Positions 23,720 through 36,455 of a stretch of 64,000 bases of DNA are shown piece after piece. Location of the stretch: contig VJWM01000266.1 in the NCBI GenBank assembly GCA_010909165.1, forward strand, positions 1 through 64,000. The letters run 5' to 3'. Each line of letters opens with the position of its first letter. Position 1 is the stretch's first letter. The position numbers were made by a program, and so were the translations under genes. A model generated the notes under the pieces. The model was not told the DNA's origin. It did not search any database and worked only from the letters and a program-made list of their open reading frames with translations. This DNA comes from Anthoceros angustus. Lineage: Eukaryota; Plantae; Anthocerotophyta.

Positions 23720-26700
23720 GCCTTGGAGGAGAACAATTTTGGACTCCTCTATTGGAATGTCGTAGGGTTCAAGGGGCCTTGCCAAACCAGAGCAAGGGCT
23801 GGGTTCTATGGGCGTCGTGGATATGGATGGACGAGCATGTGTTTATCTTGTACAACAAAGCCTTTGGTATTTGATCGGATAAGCGAAGATGAAACCATGT
23901 ACAAGGCTTATGAGGTTTACATGGCTTCCAAAGCAAGAAGTGCGATCCTTCAAACTGGTGGAGGATTTGAAATGCTATCGTCGATAGTAAGTAAAACTTT
24001 GGAATAAGGTTTTCAAGGCGTTGATGCAAATCGTTGTATGTTGGTTTCCATGACTTGTGCCTTCTATCTTGCGTTTCCTCAATCCTTTTTGCGGGATGCT
24101 CGCAAGCTAGAGCAATTACGACCATATGCGGGAAGATTACCGAATCCGTCATCCAAAGATAGGAGGAAATGTCGACAGTCGAGCCCCGGCAGAATGTGCA
24201 TGAGCTCACGGCCGGCCGATGCGCTAGTGAGCTCGGCCCATCCGATGAGGAGGATGGGTGTATACCCGTCCTGGCCACTGATGGCGACTTTCGGGAGGCA
24301 GAGGATGGAAGGATGCTCCGTTCTGGACATTCCTTTTCCGGCTCCTCCATGGAGGTACCCTCGGTCTGCGGAGGAGGTGAGGCCCGGCGCCCTCCTGTAA
24401 GTCTTGGAGACACTTACGGACTAACCGGTTTGGGGTTCCCAAGGCACCGAAGGGTTGGGGCCGCGCTGACGCCCTTGCACTTGCGGAAGAGACGGTGGGC
24501 GGTGGGCGGGCGAGTCGAGTTCTATTGAGGCACCTCCTGTCCGCCCGATCCGAGAGTATGGAGGCAGGGACTCGAGTGGGAGAGCAAGGCATGGTGGGCA
24601 CGCCCGCAGGCATACATCGCTCACATAGCGAGGCTCCACAGGGGAAGAGAAAGAAGAAATCCAGAAGGAAACCGTGAGTGAAGCCCACGAGATAACATAG
24701 CGGTCCATGTGCGGACAGATGAGGAAAGACTTGAAGATGCTATCCGGAATCGGACCCATTGACAATAATCGGGGACTCGCCTATGCCAAGAAAGTTGTTC
24801 GGAGGATCTTGGTAAAGCTTGAGAATTTGAAGCCCATCTTTTATTACACCGGATGCCCAAATCGGGAGGTGGACGAGGCATGGTCAAACTACCTAGCCCG
24901 AGTTATTCAAGGAAGGATTGAAGAAGGGTTACGCCATTCATGCATGATTGACCCCGGGAGTGCAACGATATTCAAGTTGGACAAATTCGGGCCAAGAAAT
25001 ATATTATGGGTGTACTTGGGGAACCACACATGTCTTGCTATGAAGCACTTGGCGATATTGCTCAAAGTCCGTTTTCAATATGTTGAAGCGCATGTATCTG
25101 TGGGCTTACGGTGCACGAGATGAGAGTTCTTGCAACCATAATGTCGACAAGCGGAAGAAAATGTCTTTTATTGAGCAGTAAGATATTTACGAGATGAGCT
25201 TCTTATTGCGTCGGGATGGAGTGCGAGATGACCATGTCATGGAAGTTCAATCTTTATAAGGTTCTTGGATTAATTGAAGATGATGAAGGCCGAAGATGAC
25301 GTGTACAAGCGAACAAAGTGGACAACAGGACACACATGCATCGCGGCGAGGGCAAGGTATGGGATAATATTGATAAGATCTTTTCAAAGTGGGAAGCGGG
25401 CGAGTTACGGGCGGAAGAAGCACATACCGGCACCCAAGAAAGGGAAGGGAAAAGGAAAGTCACGGATGATCCCAAACACGTGGAAACATGTATTTCAAGC
25501 CGAAAGACATCATGAAACCCGGAAATCATTCCGGTATAATGGTGAATGTGGGCGTGATTCTTGTCACGGCAAATCTTGACAGCATCCTCGATCTCAAAGG
25601 AATGGAGGACGAAATTACTTCAAGAAGAAAGCGCATGTTATTCAAGTGGCCATGGCTAAACATCCGAGTGCTCATCTTCGAGGAAGTGAGGAAGGAATAT
25701 CCTCTACACTCAACGACGACATGATTGCTCGGTTTCAAACGGCTTTTCTTTGGGAAGGTGAGATCCGTCACCACGACAATGAGTCGCTTTGGTTTTCGTT
25801 TTACGTGGCGGCGCCGGCTGGCGGCGTCCGCCTGTCGAGAATGGCGATAGTGGGGAGGCCGGCCGCGCCTCCCCATCTTTGATCTGTGACTGCACATGCA
25901 GGCGGCGGCCCGGGCCATGTCTCCTGCTCTACCTACCGGTGCGGCGCCGGCGGCCCGGCGCCGTGGCATGTGCAAGCCAAATTTGTCGATGGAGGGTGTG
26001 AAGGCGCCGGTCGGCGTCTTTCACCCTCCTTCATCATCGCTTGTTTGAATACAATAGGAATGTGGTGTCTCTAACGTTTTTCTTTCCGGCGTTCAAATAA
26101 AGGATGTGGAGAATTTGCAAAAGTGGAGGATTTCAAGAACTTCATATTTGAGATTAACAATGGAAGAGTCTTGAGGATGAGCAGCGTGCAATCGTGACAA
26201 GGATTTGAAAGAGGTGCACTTGTTCCTGTTCGTGCGAGAAGAGTGTTACTATCAAGTGGAAAAAGAAACATTATGGAGATGCGGGATTCCTTGATGGCTT
26301 ATACCCTTACGGTTATGGATGTCCCAAGAGGCTTTGACATTGGTCCTATGGATAGTCGGTTGGATGCGGGCATGATGAACACGATTTTCCAAAGCTTCCG
26401 GAGAAGGCGACGGAAGAATTCAGCTCATTGTCATGCGGAGTGGAAGAAGCTCACCTTGAGAGTGCATGCGTGGATTATGTGGCAAGGGTGGAATGGTGTC
26501 CTTCGTTTGGGACAAAACAAACATGAGTAATGACGGTGGATTTGAGACGGTGGAGTACATAATTGCTTGGTGTGTGAAGGAAGGCTCGAAGGCAAGGCGG
26601 CTATGGCCCAATATTACGCAGGGACTTTTAACAATGGACGATCCGTGATTGCACATGATCGTGGTGAAGAAGCGGTGTACATGTCTCAAGACAAAATGGT

Positions 26701-27030
26701 GGTGTGCCTACCAAAGACCTCTCGGGTTGATGATGAAATTCATCAAAACATTCTCGAAGAAGGAGATTGGATTACGGATGGTTGCGCAGAAGTGGGACAA
26801 CAACAGCGATTGCTACGGACGCAATTCTATTGCAATAGAGTGACCTCCATTGTGGTTATATCCCTAGCATACATGGTTTTGAGGTTTTGTTGGAAAGAGG
26901 AGCTCACATTCGAGGCCCACGGAGAGCGGCCTGGTCGGCTAAAGAAGTTTGTATTAGCGAAAAAATTGTTCGGCTCGGTGGTTCCACTTAGTGCAAGAAG
27001 GATGAAACGCAAAGCAGGGACTTGCTAGAG
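23720..27030 (+). pseudogene. Probable heavily decayed non-LTR retrotransposon (APE endonuclease - RT - RNase H)
   Basis: Weak motifs in the expected order: LLYWNVVG, YEVY...TGGG (endonuclease-like); ATIFKL, RGQG, VTDD, GIMVN, AFLWEG (RT-like); WITDG and AHGERPG...LAKK (RNase H-like). Confidence 0.38.
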
Positions 27031-27833
27031 GAAGGACAACAAACCACGGATCATGTGCGATGCAGGAGTGGTGGCGACAAGGACGCGACAACGCAGAAGA
27101 TGATGAAGCGAAGGCCTGGCGGCGATGTAGAAGAATTGGACGCATGCGCAACTGGCGATTGTTTTAGATTGAAGCCACCCAAGCGCAGATGAGTCTCGGA
27201 TCGTCACTGAGGATCTTTGTAGAGGAAAGACTATATTCGAGGGACGGAAGGGGTTTTGAAACGTGATATCGGGATTTTCTTTCATTACTTGTGTCAAAGC
27301 ATAGTAGGCAAGGATACTGGCGGGCCGGCCAGCCGGCGCCGGAAGCCCTCTGTTTTATGAATTGTGAAATATCAATGTTTTTTCCCCTTCGTATTTAGCA
27401 TGGTCTTTGTTGGAGGATTCGGCGTATTTTGCATTTCGAGCGGTGTCTTTTTGTGAAGGGGTTTCGATTGTCGGAAGGGGTTTGTATATTAACCTTCAAG
27501 ATTATCATGTTCTCAGCGATTCCGCGCCAAAGCTCGTAAATCACTTGCGATGCTTGTGAGGGTGACCTCACATGCGTCTCTTCGAGATCGTCCCCTACCA
27601 GACATCTGCAAACATCCTCATGTCCTCCAACCCACAGTTGTTAAGAAGGAAGCAACCCACACCCCTTTTGTGTCTCAACCATTCACCCCTATGACAACTT
27701 AGACGGCGCGAAGTTCCTTCTTCACAACATATGGTCGACCCTCAGTCCCTTTGAAAAACATTCTGCAGCCTAGCGATGGAAACCACAAAACTTCAAACTT
27801 TCAGCGACAAGTCCCCGGCAACGGCGCCAAAAA

Positions 27834-30800
27834 TGTGGTAGGGAAAACCCGGGGCACTCCCGAGGTCCTCCCACTATAGCGGCCACACTTATCCCATCGC
27901 TGCGTTGGGTTTCGTCCCATGAGACTTGTGTGAAAGTTCGAGGCCTTGTGATGCCGTCGCTACTGCAGACACACACTCTCGGCCTTCTAACGAGCAAGGC
28001 GCCCTCTCACTCCCCTTCTGCACCACAGCCTTTGCTTGAAAAATCTCCTCGACCTACAACGACACACAATTGGTCACGCCTCGGAGCCTATCACGGGCGC
28101 CGGGGACCCCAGTCCACCGCGATTTCGTCCCTACTTCTAAGACCACTCTTCTCCACTCGGGGCGCTCTTTTACTTGCAGTTGGGATTCGTCCCTTAGGCT
28201 CTGTGGCCTTCCACTAACACCTAATCCTCTACTCATCTCCTCATCCTCTTCCTCCTATTCTAACCTCGGTTCGGGCTTGGCCCGACTTTACGGCTGCACA
28301 GGGTCGGCCTCCCACAAGTTCTTCCTTGGGCGGTTGCTATGAGTTTGACACGGGAGTGAGAACCTCCAGTCTTTCACGTAGTCTACCCTCAAGCCGAGTT
28401 CTCACGGGCATTTGCCACACACCCAAAGCAAAGCAATTTCACGGCAACCATTCACAAGGGAGCAACTCGTTTAGGCACTTGCAGCAAGTCCTCCACCAAG
28501 CACTCCGACCACCATGACTTCCTCTCAGAATGATGCGTTGGCTCACGGACGAAATTCCTCCTGTAATGGCAAAGGACTCGATGGCGTGGGCGCAAGACAT
28601 GATACTTTACTTTGTGAAATCCTCCTCCTCTTATAGGAGGCCTTCCACATACAACCTCCCTTAGGTGACCCTCTGCGGTCACCTTTTCCAATATTCTATT
28701 ATTTCCTACATGACATTTAATGGCACCTAAATCTATTGCATCCTTGGTAAATTCTATTCTAACTTCACCTAAGACCATCCTTTAAAGGATGTCGACTACA
28801 CACCATCCTTCTATTCTTCTACCTAAGCTCATTTATGGTCATTGACCATTCTAGTCTTCCTTCTTTGGGGGCATGTCCCTTGTGGATTGGCTCCCTCGCC
28901 CTCCTTTTGCTCTTGCCCTTCCCGGATCTTGTGTCTTCCCAATGTGTGGGGCAAGTACAATCTTGCCCTTCCTCCATCTCATGAGGCGGCGCCTGATTCC
29001 TCCATCATCCGGCAATCGCGCCCCCTCCTAGGCGCCTTTTCTCCGCCTCGCCTTTGGTCGCCCGCCAGCACCCTACCGGTGATCGGCGGACTACGGGGTG
29101 GACGACTACCATGGTCTCTTCCTTCTTCTCCATCGGTGATGCCTCTGGGTTGGATCTCTTGCTCTTTTCCTCTTGTTTGGTTTGTCCATACCTATCATGG
29201 AGCATCTTCAAGTCTTCCCCCAATGTGATTTCCCTAATCCTTCGGGCCCTTTTTGGTCTCTCTCTCCCTGGCTCCCTCCTTCGTGGGGTGAGAACTTCTC
29301 ACCCTCCTTCCTCGTGGACCCGTCTAGTCTCCTCGGTGGGGTTGTCTCTCCCCACCACCTCACTCCTCGGGGGTATACTGACCCCGGCTCCTTCATCCCG
29401 GCCCCGGCGACTCCAATCCGCCGGCTGCCCCACCGGTAGTCGCGGACTACGGCGTGGTCAGTCTACCACGGTAGTCTGGCGGACTACGTGAGGGGTGACC
29501 CCTGGGCTGTCCCCCTCCTTGCTCTCCACCTTCTACGGCGTTCGGCCTCCTTCCCCGACTCCTCAGTTCCTCGAGTCCATTTCTGATGGCCTCATCAAAA
29601 TCGGAGGCCTGGCACTTGCGACTCCTTTCATCATCATCATGAGGACCCAATGTCCTCCTCTTGGCCAAGTAAGACTTCATTGTTGGCCTTCAAAATCTGT
29701 TGTGGAGGTGAGCCCCAAGCTATGATATTGCATTTGGAGATCATCAATCTCCAGTGGGCCACTCTCCATCCTCACACCTACCTTGTAGGCGTCTCTTGGT
29801 GGTCAATTCCCCACCTTGACATGGAGGTTACATTCTCCTCCTTGCTTCCTTTGGTGGTGGCCAATTTTGCTGAAGGGCATAATCGCCAAAATCTCCTCTT
29901 CCTCACCAGGCATTCATGCACCACCTTCTTGTGGTACTCCTCTCTGGAACCTCCTTTGTTCCTCAACCATTGCTTGGCAAGCCTCCTCTCCACTTGCCCT
30001 CTTCTCGCTCAGCTCTTGCACTGCTTGTCTTGAGCCTTTAGCTCAGCTCTCTTCCAAATTGAGCGGGTCCTCAAATTCTTCTTCATGTCCGGATTTTGAT
30101 GGCTTGTAGCCATCACACACTCTTCTTGTCCAATTCTTTGGACCGCTACCTTCTCCTTCCTAGAGCCTGTTTGCCCTTTCGCTCTTGCTCTAATTGGGCA
30201 AAATGCCTCCATACATCTCCATGAATCCCTTTGGGTTGTTGCCGAATGGCTCTTTCTTGTTTGACAACCTTCCTCGGGACCTTCTCCAGCGCCCGTTGTC
30301 CACAGGTCGTGGAGCTTCTCACCTTTTCCAACTTGTGCCTTCTCGTCGGACTCCATGGCCTCCAATTGCCACTTGGTCCTGCCTTCCTCCGGCCATGTCT
30401 TGAGATTTCACTTCCTCTTGGCATGCCCACAAGGAGGCTGCTCCTAGCCCCTTCAAATCCACATGGTGAGTGCTTCACAAGCACCCAATTCTCCTAGGGT
30501 CCTAATTCCCCTTCTTCTTCTTTAAATTTCCAGCTCTCCCTTGCTCACCGGGCCATGCGGTAGTCGGCGGACTACGGGGTGACTACCATGGTAGTCGATC
30601 TTCCTTCTTCTCCATCTGATGCCTCTGGGTTGGATCTTCTTTGCTCTTTTCCTCTTGTTTGGTTTGTCCATACCTATCATGGAGCATCTTCAAGTCTTCC
30701 CCCCAATTGTGATTTCTAATCCTTCGGCCTTTTGCATCTCCTCCTGGCTCGGGCCTTCCTCCATGGGGTGAGACTTCTCACCCCTCCTTCTCTCGGGTCG

Positions 30801-33770
30801 GACCGTCCTTAGTCTCCTCCGGTGGGGTTGTCTCCCCACCTCTCAGCTCCTCAGGGGTACTACCCCGGCTCCTTCCTTCCTCAGCCTCCCGCGGCCACTC
30901 CCGCAGTCCGCGCCCGTGCACCCCACCCGGTATCAGCGGACTAGGCGTGGTCAGTCTACCGTGGTGGGGACTACCGTGGTAGGTGACCCCTGGGCTGTCC
31001 CCCCCCTCCTTGCTCTCCGCCACCCTCCGCGCTCGGCTCCTTCCCGACTCCTCAGTTCCTCGGAGTCCATTTCATGATGGCCTCATCAAAATCAGGCCTG
31101 GCTGCACTTCTGCACTCCTTATCATCATCATGAGGACCCAATGTCCTCCTCTTGGCCAAGCAGACTTCATTGTTGGCCTTCAAAATCTATTGTGGAGGTG
31201 AGCCCCAAGCTATGATATTGCATTTGGAGATCATCAATCTCCATGGGCCACTCTCCATCCTCACACCTACCTTGTAGGCATCTCCTGGTGGTCAATTCTC
31301 CCACCTTGACATGGAGGTTACATTCTCCTCCTTGCTTCCTTATTTGGCCAATTTTGCACGAAGGGCATAATGCCCAAAATCTCCTCTTCCTCACCCGGCA
31401 TCCATGCACCACCTTCTTGTGGTACTCCTCCTCTTGGAACCTCCTTTGTTCCAGTCCATTGCTGGCAAGCCTCCTTCTCCACTTGCCACTCACTTCTCGC
31501 GCTCCACTCTTGTGCTTGTCTTGAGCCTTTAGCTCCACGCTCCTCTTCCAAATTACCGGGTCCTTAATTCTTCTTCCATGTCCGGATCTTGATGGCTTGT
31601 AGCCATCACACTCTTCTTGGCGTCCATTCTTTGGACCGCTACCTTCTCCTTCCTAGAGCCTCTGTTTGCCCTTTCGCTCTTGCTCTAATTGGGCAAAATG
31701 CTCCTCATATACAGCCTCCATGAATCCCTTTGGGTTGTTGCGAATGGCTCTTTCTTGTGACAACCTTCCCTAGGACCTTCTCCGCGCCGTTGGTCCACAA
31801 GGTCGGAGCTTCTCTCTGACCTTTTCCAACTTGGCTGCCTTCCGTCGGACTCCATGGCCTGCCATTTGGTCACTGCCTTCCTCCGGCCATGTCTTGGGAT
31901 TTCACTTCCTCTTGGCATGCCCACAAGGAGGCTGCTAGCTCCTAGCCCCTTCAAATCCATGGTGAGTGCTTCAGCACTCCAATTCTCCTAGGGTCCTAAT
32001 TCCACCCTGTTCTTCTTTGGAAATTTCCAGCTCTCCCTTGCTCGGGCCATCAGCAGCGCGGGTCACGTCGCTCCATCCGCTCTCCCCAGCGGAGATGGTG
32101 GTGGCGCCGGCGCTCCTCTTCTCCTTCCCTTCCACCGCCGTGGGCTGCACCTCTGGCGTGGGGTGCTGCCCAGCGGTGGTGCTCCCCCTGGTGGTGATGC
32201 GCCTACCGGTAATGCCACCCTTGGGTGGCGCCTCCCTAGGTAGTGGTGGTGCCTCTCTAGGCACAAGGAGATGGTGGGGACTCCCCACCCTTGCATCACC
32301 CCTCCTGTTCCTTCTCTCATAGACTACCATTCGGCCTTCCTCGGCGGTTCACTCTTCTCCTCTTGCTTGCTCACTGTGGGGAAAAGATTCCCACAACCTT
32401 GTTGCCTCCATCCTCCTCTTGCTTCTAGCATGCTTGTGGAGTCGACCTCCCACCGTCTTCCGCAATGCAAAGGCAAAGGCCTTTCCAACTCGGTGGAGAT
32501 GGATTATCTCAGAAGGATGCCGCATCTTCAACTCCTTGCTTGTGAGAAGTCCCTCGGTTTCCCATAAATGCACCAAATAGGTGCTAAGGTAGCAGGCCTT
32601 GGCCCTTCCTCATCCACAATTTGGCTTGAGGAGCTTCTCGGTGGTGGATGTAGGCCTCATACATGATGGTCCCCAATCGGCTTGGCTCCCAAATCTTCCA
32701 CAAAATTGGAGGAAGTTGGTCTTTGAAATAAGAGGCGTTGGTAATTTACCAACCCCAACAATCTTTGCGAGCCTCCACTTGACTCCTTGATGCTCTCGGT
32801 CTTCCGGCCATTCTTGGCGTGGGCCTTCACTCCTCCATCCATCATGTCGAGGAACTCTGCGGGAATGTCGGAGGGCTGTCCTCTTCCTCCATTCGACCTT
32901 TCGAGGAGAGCAATTCGAGCTCTCTTCCTCCGGTCTCCCATACACAGATGCTCCTTACGGTCCAGCGAGGATCCGTTCGAGCATTCCTCCGTAGCGCGGG
33001 CGCCGATTGATGGAGGTTGATGTAACACTCCTCAATCAATTCCAAATTGGTGTAGGCCCATTGGCGGCCATACACCCATCCCAATTGGATGTTCTCCTCC
33101 TCGCCTTTGCAGAAATCACTAAATCCACGGGGTTGAGCTGCCACAAAGCAAGTGAATTGGGGCATCAGCTCGCCTCCTCACGGCGTAGCCCTGCTCTTTT
33201 CCTTCCTTCTGAGGGCCTTGGCGGCTCCTTCCCTTGCCTTTTCCTCCTCGAGGCATGGCGTCTTCCTTTCCAAGTGTTTCAAAGGAAGGAATTACTTCCC
33301 AATGCCAAATTTGGTGCTCCCAAACTTCTCTTCAAACACTTCTCCCTTGGGGTAGCAACCACACTTCACACAGCACACGTTAGCCACAGCGAGTCTTTCA
33401 CTGCTGCCTCCTCCCGTTGTCCTTCTTCTCCGGCCTTGCGCCATTGATTCGCATCTCTTCCACCAATTCTATGACCCACTACCGCTCTTGCTTCCTTGGC
33501 GCTCGCTCCACACTTCCTCTCCGGTGGCAGCGCGTGAGTTCTCCCACTCGCTCGCACTCCGCGTTTTCCTTCCACGGTCGCTCACGCCTCGCGGTTGGGT
33601 TGGTCTCCTTTCGATGGCCTTTTCCTCTCGGCTTGCTCGTGGCGATGGCGGCCTCTCTTCTTCGATGGCGGTCTTCCTTCCTTTTGCGTTCACGTTCGCG
33701 ACTCCGCTCTTGTTCTTGGAAGTGGAAGCGCCAAAGCGCACTTTGCCCTCCTTGGATGTACGCCACACAG
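27834..33770 (-). mobile_element. Family C copy 1: chromovirus-type leader/extra ORF-gag-PR-RT, truncated within RT; gag block duplicated
   Basis: Decayed RT words on the minus strand (VEDLL, LRVDY, NS.QPPKEEL, RIG..D, DEIAV). Near-identical blocks at 39355-44977 and 50923-58145. About 29075-30555 is repeated at about 30556-32040. Confidence 0.75.
32350..33300 (-). pseudogene. Family C extra ORF upstream of gag (plant-transposon / Transposase_32-like)
   Basis: Consensus across copies: NELVMPQFTCF...NIQLGWVYGRQWAYTNLELIEECFINLHQ...TVRSIRQVYGRP...QADWGTIMYEAY. Confidence 0.5.
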
Positions 33771-33771
33771 C

Positions 33772-34238
33772 TAGACCTAGATTGGGTTCATCATTCCAAA
33801 ATCCTAATTCTATCTAAACTACCTATTTTCCTATCACGCTATCCCTAATTAACGCTTTCTAATTACTCTATATATTTATTCCCTATTGGTGAGCATATAT
33901 AGTGGATATCCCCCTCTATTCTAAATTCCTTTTTGGCGAGATTTGTCGACCTACGCGGTGATACGCGGCTTGTGATGGTCACTCCTTCTCAGCCCTACGT
34001 AGTGTGGCAGCCTCTGATGTACCAACCTACCAACCTTTGGTTGCCCTCACGCCTCGCAAATTTTGACCCGTTCTTCTTCTGGGATATCCTCTTTGCCTTC
34101 CTAACAATATTCTACACTCTACTTCAAGATTCTCGAAATTTTCTGGCATGCTCCTCTTCAATCGTTCTAGCCAAAAAAATCAAACTTGTTCGTCTTTTGG
34201 CTCTTTTGGGTTGGTTGCCCAAACTTTTGCGTTCCACA
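33772..34238 (-). repeat. LTR1 copy (5' LTR of C copy 1)
   Basis: Matches 11808-12283 and ends ...tttgcgttccaca on the plus strand. Confidence 0.88.
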
Positions 34239-34385
34239 TCAGCCCTCAGTGGGGCTGTCCCCAGATCGACAACGTGTAGGGACAGTCTCAAGCTATGTCC
34301 CCAGGCAGGACTCTCCCGGATCCCAATGTATGGGGGCGGTCCAGTATGGGACAATCCCGGATCCTTAGATATGCGCCACAGCGGC

Positions 34386-34863
34386 ACCCTAGATTGGGTT
34401 CATCATTCCAAAATCCTAATTCTATCTAAACTACCTATTTTCCTATCACCTTCGCTATCCTAATTAACCTTTCTAATTACTCTATATATTTATTCCCTAT
34501 TGGTGAGCATATATAGTGGATATCCCCCTCTATTCTAAATTCCTTTTAGCGAGATTTGTCGACCTACGCGGTGATACGCGACTTACAGCGATGATCTGCT
34601 CCTTACTCACCTACGGTGTGTGGCGACCTGATGGTGCCCGACCTACCAACCTTTGGTTGCCCTCACGCACCTAGTCGTTTCGACCCGTTCTTCTTCCTGG
34701 GATATCCTCTTCGCCTTCCTAACAATATTCTACAGCTCTAGCTTCAAGATTCTCAGAAATTTTCCTGGCATGCTTCTCTTCAATCGTTCTTAGCAAAAAA
34801 AAATCAAACTTTGTTCGTCTTTTGGCCCTTTTGGGTTGGTTGCCCAAACTTTTGCGTTCCACA
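34386..34863 (-). repeat. LTR1 copy, duplicated together with about 130 bp of flank
   Basis: Both LTR1 copies are followed by the same tcagccctc...gtggggctgtcc...gggacaatccc flank. Confidence 0.88.
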
Positions 34864-35883
34864 TCAGCCCTCAAAGTGGGGCTGTCCCAACAGTCCCAGC
34901 AACGTGTAGGGACAGTCTCAAGCTATGTCCCCAGGCAGGACTCGGCCCAGGTCCCCAATGTATAGGGGGCGGAGTCCAGTATGGGACAATCCCAGATCCC
35001 TAGAGATCATCCAAAACAACGCCTACGGGCCTGAATCACCAAGGACACCTACAGCTATCTCAACTAGCATGCTCTTAGCAATGTCTACATGTATAAACAC
35101 ACAGCTATATGTGGCTAGATCTAGGGATTTTGGCTGAGCAAGCGATTGAAATGGGACAGACCCACGAATTTTGTCCCTAGCTGTTGGACATGACTGTAGC
35201 ACCCTAGGCTAGGAATCCTGGGTGCAAGATCTGCAACTGGAAATGGTCAGCAGGTACGTGAAGGACCACCTGTCTCGGTTAGCTCAAAAAATCCCAGCTG
35301 ACCTGCGAATGCCTTGTGAATTGGGCCTGAAAAATACGTTGCTGATGCAATAATCGCCCACCAACGTCCTCAGCACCAGAATGGCGTCGCCTTGAGTGGA
35401 GGAGGCCCATGCCACCGCTCCTTACATGAAATACCTTGATGGGCACGAAGAGGCGTTCTTGATCTGTAATCGCCCACAGCATCCTCGGCTCACGAATGGC
35501 ATCATACAGTGGAGGCGCCTCAAATACCCCCGCTCTGGATTGAGCGCCCTTGGAAGATCGATCTTGAAATAAAGAGATCCATTGCGCAATGAGGAATCAC
35601 GAGATTTCTTGAAGATTTCTTAGCCAGCCAGTTTGCGGCTGGGAGCACTGTCATCGAGCCTTGGCGCCTTGGGGAAGCATCTTGAGCAAAAACACAGATG
35701 TCGATCTTGGATTTCCAGTTGCAAGGGTTCACAAAGTGCTTTCCTCCCTAGCAGCGCCGTAGGCACGATTTGAAGACTACCCTCATTCCTTGCCCCACGG
35801 TCCTCATTCTTGCGCTCGCCATCATCTCACGCTCAGACTCGATTCGGTGATGTTTGCGCCATGATCACAGCAACCCTCACGCT

Positions 35884-36455
35884 TGGTGGTGCTCCTCCAC
35901 GTTGATCGGTGCCTTGTTTGGGTTTGGGTCGGTTTGGTTTCACACCTAAACTAAGTGGCTTTCTAGCCTACCTAGTTATCCGTTCATAGCGGATCTATTT
36001 TCTATAACTAGTATTTAAAGAAATGAATCCTTGGACTATGGGCCAATCAAAATAAAGGATATGTTTTCATGTCCTTGGTTAATGAAAATGCCTAATAAGC
36101 GTAGTATATAAAAGCAAGCATACATGAGTTCATTCTTTGCATCGTACCTTAGTTCTTGTGTCTTGGCGTTGGTGGTGCTCCTCCACGTTGATCGGTGCCT
36201 TGTTTGGGTTTGGGTCAGTTTGGTTTCACACCTAAACTAAGTGGCTTTCTAGCCTACCTAGTTATCCGTTCATAGCGGATCTATTTTCTATAACTAGTAT
36301 TTAAAGAAATGAATCCTTGGACTATGGGCCAATCAAAATAAAGGATATGTTTTCATGTCCTTGGTTAATGAAAATGCCTAATAGCGTAGTATATAAAAGC
36401 AAGCATACATGAGTTCACATTCTTTGCATCGTACCTTAGTTCTTGTGTCTTGGCG
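35884..36455. repeat. Repeat E, two tandem units of about 285 bp
   Basis: ttggtggtgctcctccacg restarts at about 36169. Homologous to 1-237. Confidence 0.85.

Noticed and set aside
23769-24413. 214-aa minus-strand ORF and similar long antisense ORFs (e.g. 20703..21377, 41718..42335, 49473..50114) as genes
   Set aside because: No recognisable domains. They overlap TE coding or LTR sequence in GC-rich regions where stop-free frames arise by chance.
26700-26950. Ulp1-like protease (LEEGDWITDG resembles L..G.WL.D)
   Set aside because: No HW/D/QCG catalytic motifs follow, and an RNase H reading fits at least as well.
35365-35400. Copia integrase motif (PQHQNGVA)
   Set aside because: The following ERxNR is missing and there are no other copia motifs, so it is likely a chance match.
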